Under the pieces are notes generated by a model, which was not told where the DNA came from, ran no database searches, and saw only the letters and a program-made list of their open reading frames with translations. The position numbers and the translations under genes were made by a program. Shown here in pieces: positions 29,814 to 39,573 of a DNA stretch of 62,793 nucleotides; the stretch's first letter is position 1, and each line of letters starts with the position of its first letter. This DNA is from a virus. Its lineage: Duplodnaviria; Caudoviricetes. The stretch is from positions 1 to 62,793 of the IMG/VR virus record IMGVR_UViG_3300035659_000011, one strand, 5' to 3'.

Positions 29814-31169
29814 TTAGAACGGAAGATTTCTTTTCTTAGGAGCAGATGTTGCTTCTTGTTCAACAGCAGCTGGTCCTTGTTTACCTACTTTTCCTTGCTT
29901 TCCCATTGGTTTTGCTTTTGCTTTTTCAAGAGCTTTCTCAATTTCAACTCCTGACATATTTGCAATTTCAATACCAAGTTCAGCAGCAGATGCCTTGAAC
30001 TCTTTCTTCAATCCCTTACATTCACCGACTAAAGCACATTCTTGACAACCAACATCTTCAGGATCATAAGTGCCACGACAGTCCATTTTCTTCAATGTGA
30101 CACTTGATTCTGCTGCAGGTGCCGTTGCTTCAGTAAATGCTTTTGAGTCTTTTGCCGATTCTTTATCTGTTACAGGATCATCTTCATCTTCGTCTGGTTC
30201 TTTTACATCTTCATCATCTTCATCAGGTTTTGTAACTTTCTTTGCAAGCGCGGGTGTTTCATCTTCATCGTCTTCAACTGCAGGTTTTGTAGCTTTCTTT
30301 GCAGGAGCCGGTGCTTCGTCTTCATCATGAGACTCAGTATGAGCTTCATGATCTTCTGCGTCTTCTGCATCAGGTGCGTCTGCTTCTGCTGTTGCTTTAT
30401 CATCATCACCGCTAATCAACTTCTTCAATTTCTTCAAGCTGATGCCGTCAAGTGGAGGTTTTGCATCAACAATGATGTCCAACATATCACTTGGTGATGA
30501 AAACACTCTCAATTTTGCCAAATCATAAGCTTTAGTCTTGATTGCTTCAATTTCTTCATCAGTCAATGCTTTTCTTTCAGAGTCAGGTAATATCGTGTAT
30601 TCTCTCTTGAGTTTCTCACCGTCGACTGTTACCGTGAGATCATATCCTCTTTCTCCAGAAGCAGAAGGGTTTCCCCATTTCGAACTATTGCCAAGTTCGA
30701 TAATAGGTTTCCAAATTGTAGGTCCTGCGACTAATCGTTTGATCTTGATTTTTCCATCATCTGTCTTGTAATCTTCACGATGGATGACATTCATATCATA
30801 CGTCTTTTTGCCACGAAAAGTCTGAATCTGTTTCATCAGCTTCTGGACTTCAGGTGACTTATCATTCATGTCTTCTTCTTCTTTCAAACGATAAACTTCA
30901 CTCCAAAGTGTGCTTACAAATTCGCATACTGGACACTTAAACTTTACATTATGAATGATTGGCCGATTGTTCTTACTAGTCTTCATCGGAATCCAGTGTA
31001 CCGTATACTTGACGAACGGTAATCCACCCTTTGGATTCGGACAAATACGAAGTGTATGATCACCTTGTTTCCAAGTCATACCCAAAACATCTGATCGTTT
31101 TCTAGGAGCATTCTCTTCGTATTCTTTAGCCCATGGATTTGCCGCATGTTCTTCAGCACCCATTGTCAC
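29814..31169 (-). CDS. T4 gp32-like single-stranded DNA-binding protein
   Basis: LRICP..PF..HW..CPVCE..YDMNVI..GYDLTV..REY; long acidic tail ending LPF; sits between recA and the uvsY-like gene. Confidence 0.78.
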   Translation of the reverse strand: MTMGAEEHAANPWAKEYEENAPRKRSDVLGMTWKQGDHTLRICPNPKGGLPFVKYTVHWIPMKTSKNNRPIIHNVKFKCPVCEFVSTLWSEVYRLKEEEDMNDKSPEVQKLMKQIQTFRGKKTYDMNVIHREDYKTDDGKIKIKRLVAGPTIWKPIIELGNSSKWGNPSASGERGYDLTVTVDGEKLKREYTILPDSERKALTDEEIEAIKTKAYDLAKLRVFSSPSDMLDIIVDAKPPLDGISLKKLKKLISGDDDKATAEADAPDAEDAEDHEAHTESHDEDEAPAPAKKATKPAVEDDEDETPALAKKVTKPDEDDEDVKEPDEDEDDPVTDKESAKDSKAFTEATAPAAESSVTLKKMDCRGTYDPEDVGCQECALVGECKGLKKEFKASAAELGIEIANMSGVEIEKALEKAKAKPMGKQGKVGKQGPAAVEQEATSAPKKRNLPF

Positions 31170-31732
31170 TCCTTTGTTGATTGTTGTTCTTCATCATCTT
31201 GAAATGCAGTTCTATCTTTCTCGTCATCAAAATTGTCTCGATGTTTTACTCCAGATGTCGATTGCTCAGACTTCATCATCGATACTATATTCACAAGTCT
31301 CTCGCCGCGTTCACCAAAACCAAAAGCCATTGATCTAATATTCAATGAATCTTTCTTCTTCTCTAACGATTTTCGATACTTTCTCATATACTCAGGATCT
31401 GTCATCACAGATTCTTCAACCATCTTATCAGTCACTCTTTTACCACCCAAATTATCAGCAAGTTCTTCTCTATAATGTTTTGACTGTTGTTTGCACCAAA
31501 CATCAAATTCCATTTTATCTAAGTCATAATCAATTGCTGCTTCATTCGCCATTACATTCCATCTTGCATGTAATGATGGATTCTCAGCCATCATGTTACA
31601 TGCTTTTGCTGGTGTCAATACATCTATAGATGGAATGTGCAACTTTTGATTTATGTCAACTTCAAGAGTCTCTTGTCTAACTGACAAAATAACTTTGAAA
31701 GAATCCTGAGCTTTGCCTTGCTTGCCCATCAT
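31166..31732 (-). CDS. UvsY-like recombination mediator
   Basis: Helical protein with RVTDKMVEESVMTDPEY motif; gene context. Confidence 0.6.
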   Translation of the reverse strand: MMGKQGKAQDSFKVILSVRQETLEVDINQKLHIPSIDVLTPAKACNMMAENPSLHARWNVMANEAAIDYDLDKMEFDVWCKQQSKHYREELADNLGGKRVTDKMVEESVMTDPEYMRKYRKSLEKKKDSLNIRSMAFGFGERGERLVNIVSMMKSEQSTSGVKHRDNFDDEKDRTAFQDDEEQQSTKE

Positions 31733-31775
31733 AATAAGTCTAATAGTATGCCGAAATCACACGTAGTTTTACTGG

Positions 31776-34700
31776 TCATACTTCTTTTGCCATCTCGTCG
31801 TACTTTGCAAGTTTTTGTTCTTGTTCTAATGTCTTCTCATATACATTGCCAATACAACAAATGTCAAGCAAATCTATGAAGATACGACCCATATACTCAC
31901 TAGTTTCTGCATCACCAACTAAAATATTGTTCATCTTAATAACTTCTTCAACTGGTACTTTCTGATATTTACCAGTCACATGATTCCAAACAAAAGCAGT
32001 CTTGCATCTACGATTATAACATGGTATCCGAATTTTGACAATATTGAATTTTGAATCAGTCAAAACTGTGTAGTAATAACTGTTATTATTCTTGCTAGTT
32101 TTTTGTACAATACTAGTAATTATACCCCAAACAGTTCGTTTCATATTTGCTTTTGGCTGTACTAACTTTGTCAACGTTTTAGCATTTAATCTACCAACTT
32201 CTTCTTTATGTAGATCAGATAATTTTGTTCGCCAATCTAAACTATATGATTCTACAAATTGTTCATGTTCATATTTACGGTCATCATAGTCAACATCGCG
32301 TTCCCATTTACTATCTCCCCTTAAGTCTTTATAGTATTTCTGTAATATCTCATTCTGCGTGCCAAAACAATCAAATACATGTGCGTTTATCAAAGCTAAC
32401 ATTGCCGATTTACCGACTTTCTTTATTTGTGAAGTCTTATCCCAAAAATCACCAAATGATGTAAATGGTTGCGTTCTCTTAATCACATCAATAATTGCTG
32501 GTCCGACACCCATAATATGACCCAAACCAAATATGATACTATTACTCTCACTATCTATAGTAAATCCCTCTTTTGACTTATTGATATCAGCCGGAACAAT
32601 ACTAATATTCTTTCCCATAATCTCAGAGAAATAATCAGTGAACTTCTCTTTCGGCGAATTTGTTAGCAACACTACATAAAACTCTAATGGATAATAAATC
32701 TTAAACCACATCATTTGATAACTGAGAATAGTATACGCTACAGCGTGGCTCTTATTGAATCCGTAGCGCGCAAATGACACGCAGCTTTGCCACCATGACT
32801 CAGCAACATCAGCCTTAAGGCCTCGCTCAACGCAGCCATTGATGAATTTATCATGTATTTCTTTTCGTTGTTTAGCCTCTTTATCTTTTGCATCTTTATC
32901 TCTAATAGACTTCATCAAATTCTTACGAACAGTATCAGTCAAGTCCAATGGAAATCCTGCTACTATATTACACAACCTCATAACATCTTCTTGATATACC
33001 AATATACCAAAACTATCTTTCAAACATCTTTCAATCAACGGTGATCCAAAATCGAATGACTTACCATTCTTGCGAGCAGCATATTCATGATGCATGCCCA
33101 TATCTAATGGTCCTGGCCGACCCAATGCAGTTGCACTAGTAATGTCATTGAATGTTGTTGGTCTAATCTCTTTCAACAACGACTTCATTAAATTACTATT
33201 GTGTACTACAAACCCATTTGCAACATAGTTGTGATGTTGTCTATCTGTAAACCCAATATCGTATACTAACTTTTCACCAATAAAATCAATACGCGTTATC
33301 GGTACAAACACATAACGTTTTTTGAAAAATCTAAACTGGCTTAACACCTGAGGCATGCAAGTTCGTTTACCTTCACAAATGCATTTCTTACAATCAGCTC
33401 CAACACCCTTTGACTCAATAGTCTTATCATAGACATTACAGTAATATTGAGTTCTACATCTTTGTTGATCAATAAGTACTTTGTCACCGACTTTCAATTC
33501 AGATAATTTCTTGAAACCTTGGAGCGTATAATATTCGTGAGTCATTGTTGATTCAAGGCACTTATTATCATGATCAACAGTGACTCTATAAACTTCTTTA
33601 AGCTGTTCTTTCATTGCATAAATTGTTTGTCGAACTTTCTTCTTACGTTTAAGATCAACACAACCAATTTTGCGAACCCTCTTACTTGAAACATAAATGT
33701 CTTTGTCTCTAAAGTCTCTATATAGTTCTCTTATTCTGTAATTGCCAATCCATGAATCACCAGCAATACATTCAAACTGGAAAATACCATTTGTATCTGT
33801 ATGTCTAAATCTATCATATATGACTTCATTACCATCTAATGGTAATTTACTTGAAAACTCTTCATACAATAATGATGTTATTTGACCACGATCAATTGAC
33901 TCAAGACTGAAATCAGCTTCTTTACTATACAGTTTTCGTAATCGAATCAAATCCAATATCTCTTTTATGATTGTTAGAGTCTTTAGTCCTAAAATATCAA
34001 ATTTGATGAAGCCTGAAGATTGTAAGTCTTTTCTAGTAATACCATCAACCCAACTTGTTATGAGATCACCTTTATGTCTCATTAAAGGTATTGTCTCATC
34101 AATTTTTGTAGGAGTTGCGACAACTCCTGCAGGATGTTTTGTGAGGTGTCGTAATTGACCTTTGAGTTTGAATAGTACTTCACGAACTTGAGGATATCGT
34201 TCAAGATATTTTCTTATTTCATACAAGTCATTTCTGAAACCGTCTTCACCAGGTTCTTTTGCAATGGCAATATCAAATTCTTCTTCAGTCATCGCATCTA
34301 CATCATCACCAAGATTTTTAACAACTTCATTAGTGTCATTCAAATCAACATCAAAAATTCGAGCTATATCTCTCATGACCATTTTCATTTTCATTTGGCC
34401 ATAAGAACCAATAGCTGCTACGTGGTCACTACCGTATTTGTTAATGAAGTATTTGACGACGTCTTCACGTTCATTTATACTGAAATCAGAGTCAATGTCT
34501 GGAAATGAAGATTGCTTTTTGATTTTGATAGCTATATTGTTTTTGATAGGATCAGAGTCTGAGATACCAAGTAAGAAGTAGACTAATGAGCCATGCTTTT
34601 CTATTTTAGTTTTGTTTTTGATTAGGTCAACAACATAGTCTTGAATGTTTTGTACATCAATGTTGGTCAATTCACGTTCAAGTTGTTGTATGTATTGAGT

Positions 34701-34808
34701 ATTGTCTAATGACAATTCTTTCAGTTTTCGTTCACAAAGGTATTGGACATAATCTAGTTTTGTAATCATGATATTTTCTATACTTATTGGTGCTACTGAA
34801 TTACTCAA
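31776..34808 (-). CDS. dnaE: DNA polymerase III alpha, C-terminal part (palm/fingers/HhH/OB) with mini-intein
   Basis: FPDIDSDF, KHPAGVV, IKFDILGL, GIFQFE, ALGRPGP, LVYQED, YGFNKSHAVAY. Confidence 0.93.
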   Translation of the reverse strand: MSNSVAPISIENIMITKLDYVQYLCERKLKELSLDNTQYIQQLERELTNIDVQNIQDYVVDLIKNKTKIEKHGSLVYFLLGISDSDPIKNNIAIKIKKQSSFPDIDSDFSINEREDVVKYFINKYGSDHVAAIGSYGQMKMKMVMRDIARIFDVDLNDTNEVVKNLGDDVDAMTEEEFDIAIAKEPGEDGFRNDLYEIRKYLERYPQVREVLFKLKGQLRHLTKHPAGVVATPTKIDETIPLMRHKGDLITSWVDGITRKDLQSSGFIKFDILGLKTLTIIKEILDLIRLRKLYSKEADFSLESIDRGQITSLLYEEFSSKLPLDGNEVIYDRFRHTDTNGIFQFECIAGDSWIGNYRIRELYRDFRDKDIYVSSKRVRKIGCVDLKRKKKVRQTIYAMKEQLKEVYRVTVDHDNKCLESTMTHEYYTLQGFKKLSELKVGDKVLIDQQRCRTQYYCNVYDKTIESKGVGADCKKCICEGKRTCMPQVLSQFRFFKKRYVFVPITRIDFIGEKLVYDIGFTDRQHHNYVANGFVVHNSNLMKSLLKEIRPTTFNDITSATALGRPGPLDMGMHHEYAARKNGKSFDFGSPLIERCLKDSFGILVYQEDVMRLCNIVAGFPLDLTDTVRKNLMKSIRDKDAKDKEAKQRKEIHDKFINGCVERGLKADVAESWWQSCVSFARYGFNKSHAVAYTILSYQMMWFKIYYPLEFYVVLLTNSPKEKFTDYFSEIMGKNISIVPADINKSKEGFTIDSESNSIIFGLGHIMGVGPAIIDVIKRTQPFTSFGDFWDKTSQIKKVGKSAMLALINAHVFDCFGTQNEILQKYYKDLRGDSKWERDVDYDDRKYEHEQFVESYSLDWRTKLSDLHKEEVGRLNAKTLTKLVQPKANMKRTVWGIITSIVQKTSKNNNSYYYTVLTDSKFNIVKIRIPCYNRRCKTAFVWNHVTGKYQKVPVEEVIKMNNILVGDAETSEYMGRIFIDLLDICCIGNVYEKTLEQEQKLAKYDEMAKEV
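33198..33770 (-). mobile_element. mini-intein (191 aa, no endonuclease)
   Basis: FQFE|CIAGDS..., ESTMTHEY (block B), ends VYDIG..HNYVANGFVVHN|S. Confidence 0.9.
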
Positions 34809-35127
34809 ACATTATTACTTTGAATTTTCGAGAAGATAGTTTACTGAAATCAAGATCAAAATCACTTTGATCCAGAATGAATGTGTGTTTGTTTACAAAA
34901 GTATCTCCATTAATATCAAACGCATTAAGCTGTCGAATTACATAATCAACTGCAAATTGCATTTCAAGAAACTTAACTAAATCAACGTAATTATTACATA
35001 CTGTTGCTCTTAAGCAGAATAATCGAATGATATATTGAAACCAAAAATTAGACTCTTTAAGTCCAGTGATTTGTATAAAATCAGATATTGTTACATCTTT
35101 ATTGACTATCAAAATGATTTTTTTCAT
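34801..35127 (-). CDS. hypothetical protein between the dnaE halves
   Basis: 108 aa ORF. Confidence 0.55.
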   Translation of the reverse strand: MKKIILIVNKDVTISDFIQITGLKESNFWFQYIIRLFCLRATVCNNYVDLVKFLEMQFAVDYVIRQLNAFDINGDTFVNKHTFILDQSDFDLDFSKLSSRKFKVIMFE

Positions 35128-35141
35128 TCTTCAGTCCAACT

Positions 35142-35678
35142 CTAGATTCTGCTTGGTGGATCAAGAGACACTGGTTCATACCCAGAAGAAGCTGTGCTAC
35201 GACTATAACCTGAAACACCCATAATTCCTGTACTACCTGCATAACCTGAAAATCCTGTAATTCCCGTGCTACCTCGCAAACCTGCAATTCTCGTGCCAGT
35301 CACACCTTGTAAACCCGTACTACCTTGTAAACCCGTGCAGCCTCGCAAACCTGTGTAGCTTGTGTAGCCCGTGAGACCTGCACCAAATAACCCTGTCGTG
35401 CCAGCTCCATAAGTTTGTGAATGTATCAAATTTACAGCGTCTAAATACGCATTACGACTACTATCTAATAGAATTTGTGATTTAGGTTTATATTTGATAA
35501 TGCCTGGAGATTGAACTCGTTTTTCATCTTTATGATAACCATTATGAGATTTGAGATAACCATTTGCAGATTTCTTGTATTTACCAACAATATTTGTAAT
35601 GTATTTTCTAATAGATGAAATAGCAAACATGCGATTACATGTAGTTGTATCACAAGGCGGGTTAGGATTAATAGCCAT
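35142..35678 (-). CDS. protein with collagen-like Gly-X-Y (GxTG) repeats
   Basis: TGLRGCTGLQGSTGLQGVTG...GSTGITGFSGYAGSTGIMGVSG; GGAG RBS. Confidence 0.7.
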   Translation of the reverse strand: MAINPNPPCDTTTCNRMFAISSIRKYITNIVGKYKKSANGYLKSHNGYHKDEKRVQSPGIIKYKPKSQILLDSSRNAYLDAVNLIHSQTYGAGTTGLFGAGLTGYTSYTGLRGCTGLQGSTGLQGVTGTRIAGLRGSTGITGFSGYAGSTGIMGVSGYSRSTASSGYEPVSLDPPSRI

Positions 35679-35686
35679 ATTGACTC

Positions 35687-37534
35687 CTATTCATTAAGCT
35701 TGATGAGTCTATTCTTTGACCATTCATCAAAATCTTCGTCCATAAACAACTCAGCTTTATCTTCAATCTCTTTGAATGTCGGTACTGACATATCATATAT
35801 AGCCATACTTCGTGACATACTCAAAAATCTCTCGAACAACAAATTAAACTTCAATGGATCGATATTTGTAATATCTAGAAGATAACAGACGAGAGACCCA
35901 GCAGCTGATCCGCGAGCACTCCCTACGACAACGTTATTATTTTTTGCATACTTAATGTAATCTGCTACAATTACAAAATAATCGGCCATCTCCGTCCTTC
36001 TTATAACGCTCAATTCTGTTTTAACTCGCTTTACATGCTCACTATTTTCTTCATACCAACTGTCTTCTGCTTTTCTAGTCCAACCTTCGCGAACCATTGA
36101 TACCATATAGTCATAACTACTAGCGAAACCTTCAGTCTGTATCTTTGGTAACTTCTCTTTCGTATCCCATTCCCATACTTCAACTTTATTTGCTAACTTA
36201 ATTGTATTGTCAAGAGCTCTTGTAAAAGTCTCAACATTAACGTATTCATAATGACCTTGGTCAATATATGTATCTATCATCTGGTGACGATCTTTGAACC
36301 AAAAACCCTTAGTAGAAAACTCCCAAACTTTCTTGAATTTCTTCTTACCAGTAACAATATCAAATATCTCTTCAAATGTAATCCCTAATTCTTTATTTGT
36401 TGCAGGACTAAATTCAGCAAATCTGTCAAGCTCAATAAAATTGTTATAAACAGATCGAACGTGAGCTTGAGTTATATCTTCACCAATCTCAACTAATATC
36501 TCTGAAATCACATTCATCCTCTTCTTATCTTTCATCGTAACTTGATCGCCACCATCATCTTTTGACCCGAGCATTAATGATATCTCTTGAGCTTTAGCAC
36601 CACTCTCATCTAAATAATGAACGTCATTTGTTACAATCACTTCTATACTCAACTCTTCAGCAATTTCTAGTAATAATTTATTCACAACTCTTTGTTTGTC
36701 AATCTCAATCATCATAATTTCAATATAGAAATCTTCACCAAAAATGTCTTTATACATTTTGGCAGCTAACAATCCTGCTACTTTTGCATCTTTCTCATTA
36801 TCGTGTTTCAACATTTCATTGTTAATGATTCCTGCAAGACATGCAGATGTAACAATGATGCCTTCTTTATTTTCAGACAAAAATTGCAATGACGTTCGAG
36901 GTTTGTAATAGAAACCATTTCTAGCAGCATCACTAACAATTTTAGTAATGTGTTTACGACCAGTTTCATTCTTTGCTAACAATACAATGTGCTGATTTCG
37001 CTTTAATGCATCTCGACTGTCTGACAATTCTTTGTCTTGAGCTTGTAATTTTTTAAGATGCTTGTCAAGTTTTTGTTTAACTTCAGAATAATCTAATACA
37101 GTAATATCTTCAAACTCTGCAGTTGGCATCTCTAGTATTTGCCTGAAGAAATCAACATTTGCTACAAACAACACTTTATTTGCTTTTTTATGCTTGATTG
37201 AATTCTTTAATACTTTAACTTTTTCATCTATCTTATCGAGTGCCGTATTGAAAGCTTCAACTTCTTCTCGTTTATTTTGCAGATACATTTCTACACCAAC
37301 AATTGGCTTCAAATTCACAGATCTACAATACATAAAGAATGAAGGATGAGCACCAATACTTCCATGATCTGTGATTGCTAATGCAGGCATACCAAGCTCA
37401 ACTGCTCGTTTAGCATATTGGTTTGGTTTGCCGATACCGTCTTTGAGCGAAAAGTCACTATGTAAGTGTAGGTGAATGAAATCTTTTTTCTCACCAGTTT
37501 TATATAATGCTTGTCTAATTTCTTCTTTGTCCAT
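35687..37534 (-). CDS. dnaE: DNA polymerase III alpha, N-terminal part (PHP domain to the RGS/FERF motifs)
   Basis: HLHLHSDFSLKDG, ITDHG, HIVLLAKN, SACLAG, TNDVHY, RGSAAGSLVCYLLDIT.IDP, FERFL. Confidence 0.93.
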   Translation of the reverse strand: MDKEEIRQALYKTGEKKDFIHLHLHSDFSLKDGIGKPNQYAKRAVELGMPALAITDHGSIGAHPSFFMYCRSVNLKPIVGVEMYLQNKREEVEAFNTALDKIDEKVKVLKNSIKHKKANKVLFVANVDFFRQILEMPTAEFEDITVLDYSEVKQKLDKHLKKLQAQDKELSDSRDALKRNQHIVLLAKNETGRKHITKIVSDAARNGFYYKPRTSLQFLSENKEGIIVTSACLAGIINNEMLKHDNEKDAKVAGLLAAKMYKDIFGEDFYIEIMMIEIDKQRVVNKLLLEIAEELSIEVIVTNDVHYLDESGAKAQEISLMLGSKDDGGDQVTMKDKKRMNVISEILVEIGEDITQAHVRSVYNNFIELDRFAEFSPATNKELGITFEEIFDIVTGKKKFKKVWEFSTKGFWFKDRHQMIDTYIDQGHYEYVNVETFTRALDNTIKLANKVEVWEWDTKEKLPKIQTEGFASSYDYMVSMVREGWTRKAEDSWYEENSEHVKRVKTELSVIRRTEMADYFVIVADYIKYAKNNNVVVGSARGSAAGSLVCYLLDITNIDPLKFNLLFERFLSMSRSMAIYDMSVPTFKEIEDKAELFMDEDFDEWSKNRLIKLNE

Positions 37535-37559
37535 TAGCTAAATTCTTTCTGGATCACTG

Positions 37560-37832
37560 TCATACGAATCTAATAGCAAGGCCTTTGATTTTTCGAATAC
37601 ATCTTCTAATGACACTGCATTGTACTTTCATGTCATCATGTATGATCTTAAGTGTTTTGTATGAGTAAAATTTACCGCTAACTTTTATGCCATGCACTCC
37701 ATCTTCAAACCAGTATCTAGCTTCTCCCGAACCCAGCACGCAACGTATACAGAATTCACTAAAGCTTGAATTAGCTAATTGTTGTTTTGTATTTTGCTCA
37801 AGTAATGTTGTTATCAATTTATTCATGTTCAC
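37560..37832 (-). CDS. hypothetical protein
   Basis: 90 aa ORF. Confidence 0.55.
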   Translation of the reverse strand: MNMNKLITTLLEQNTKQQLANSSFSEFCIRCVLGSGEARYWFEDGVHGIKVSGKFYSYKTLKIIHDDMKVQCSVIRRCIRKIKGLAIRFV

Positions 37833-38904
37833 CTGCTTGCTTTGCTAGTTTTCTATCGATACTTCTTTTCATGAAGATATAGAATGGATGATCTTTACCG
37901 ATTTTTTCGTTATGATCATTTGCTTCATCTAATCTATCTTCTTTTAGTGATTTATAGCAAGCAAATACTAGTAACCATTTTTTCCAATATTCTGGAACTG
38001 TATGTATTAAACTACAATCATTGTCATGTCGAATCATTTCTTCTAATGCACCAATGACTTTTATGTATTGTAGCGAATTTAGTGGCATGGGTGGCACTTC
38101 CAATATCTCTCCAACTTTTCGGTGCCTATTATTTAGTATCCTTTGTGCCCATTCATAGTCTCTTTTGTAAATGTGTAATGAACCATCAACATGATAATAC
38201 CAACCAGGTTCAATACCAAGCTCTGAAGCTATGAGTTCCTGTATTGTAGAGAAGTTGTGAGCATCTGTGCTAAGTCCCAGACAGACATCGTTACTTCTCA
38301 TTGATGCTATCATTTCAAGCTTTTTGCATTTTGCAACTTCTCTAATGAAGAACTGGAATGTCATTGTGCACGGTACGTCTTTTGTGCTTATGTAATCTTT
38401 TCCAGCATAGAATATATTGCAAACTGCTTGACGACTATCAGGATCTTCTTTGAGTTTATTGATTACTTGTTGAAATTGATCGACAGTGTTATAACCGGTA
38501 GTAAGTAATCTTCGAAGTCTTGGGCCGTATGCTCCATGAAAATCAATACCGTTATCAGAGAATTGTTTTAGTTTTGAGTTATAGAATGTTATCATTTCTA
38601 CATCATCTTTGCCATTCATAATCCATAAACATTCCGCAAGCATAAATGCCAAATTGACTTTTCGTTCTGGATTGAATATTAGTCGTTTTCTTGAATTTTC
38701 AAAACCGATCATGTATGATATTAGTTCTTTTGTCTCCATACCTCTTGGAAATGTAGTACGACCTAATGTCATTAATGATTCAATCGCATCAGTGTAGCAG
38801 TGTTCAAAGGCAGTTGCTATTGAACAATGAAAGTCCATCTTGCACTCCTCAGAAAATTGGTGATTGTATGAATAATTTGAAGATTCAGAATTTGTCTTTT
38901 TCAT
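37819..38904 (-). CDS. thymidylate synthase homologue, probably dCMP hydroxymethylase
   Basis: GAYGPR, DSRQAV, KDVPCT, MRSNDVCLGLSTD (Asp at the ThyA Asn specificity position), SLHIY. Confidence 0.8.
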   Translation of the reverse strand: MKKTNSESSNYSYNHQFSEECKMDFHCSIATAFEHCYTDAIESLMTLGRTTFPRGMETKELISYMIGFENSRKRLIFNPERKVNLAFMLAECLWIMNGKDDVEMITFYNSKLKQFSDNGIDFHGAYGPRLRRLLTTGYNTVDQFQQVINKLKEDPDSRQAVCNIFYAGKDYISTKDVPCTMTFQFFIREVAKCKKLEMIASMRSNDVCLGLSTDAHNFSTIQELIASELGIEPGWYYHVDGSLHIYKRDYEWAQRILNNRHRKVGEILEVPPMPLNSLQYIKVIGALEEMIRHDNDCSLIHTVPEYWKKWLLVFACYKSLKEDRLDEANDHNEKIGKDHPFYIFMKRSIDRKLAKQAGEHE

Positions 38905-38943
38905 TCATAATATGATTTACTTTTTGGGTCATCAACTTTACAC

Positions 38944-38974
38944 AAAAAAGGCTGATGCATAAGCACCAGCCTTT
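38944..38974 (-). terminator. intrinsic terminator after HU
   Basis: AAAGGCTGGTGC..GCATCAGCCTTT stem plus U-run. Confidence 0.7.
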
Positions 38975-39010
38975 CACTCAATGAATCTGATATGAATCTG
39001 AAACTAGCGT

Positions 39011-39394
39011 TTACTCCTTGTCGTCGGCATTCTCTTCTTCTTCAACGAACTTCTCGAGTTCGATGACGCCGTTAACAAGCAGCTTCAGGCTCTTGAGCGG
39101 ACGGAACTTGACGACGTCCTTCTCAGGAATCTTCGTCATCTTACCAAATGACTTGCGCTCCGTTGCCTTCTTGTGAATCTTGACGAACTTGCCGAATCCA
39201 GGGATCTTCACATATCCCTTGTCCATCAAACCCTTCTTCACAGCATGCACGACTGCCTGAATGGCAACCTTGGATTCACGCCGTGAAAGACTGGTGACGT
39301 CCTGAACAACAGTGATCAAGTCCGGCATACGAAACTGCTCAGCCTTTGTCCGGCGAACTTTCTTCGCCTTCTCTGTCTTCTCTGCCTTTGCCAC
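39011..39394 (-). CDS. HU/IHF family DNA-binding protein
   Basis: VKIPGFGKF..K.TER..KIPEKDVVKFRPLKSLK; strong AGGAGG RBS. Confidence 0.9.
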   Translation of the reverse strand: MAKAEKTEKAKKVRRTKAEQFRMPDLITVVQDVTSLSRRESKVAIQAVVHAVKKGLMDKGYVKIPGFGKFVKIHKKATERKSFGKMTKIPEKDVVKFRPLKSLKLLVNGVIELEKFVEEEENADDKE

Positions 39395-39573
39395 GATGAC
39401 CTCCTACGTTAAGTGAATGGAAAAGAAACTGCAACTATTACCAACGGTTTTATACTATACTGCTTATCGACCGAATTTTACACCTTTTGTTGTTCCGGTA
39501 TTGCAAGGATGCCTTGTGTGAGAAACTGATGCTCATAGCTATCTCGTGTGTTTACAAATTGACAATCAACGTA

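Noticed and set aside
34500-35800. Split intein or intron joining the dnaE halves
   Set aside because: No Cys/Ser-initiated N-intein after the N-half, no HN-ending fragment at the start of the C-half, and no group I/II core motifs recognised in the interval.
37819-38904. Ordinary thyA
   Set aside because: Asp replaces the dUMP-specifying Asn, so the symbol was withheld.
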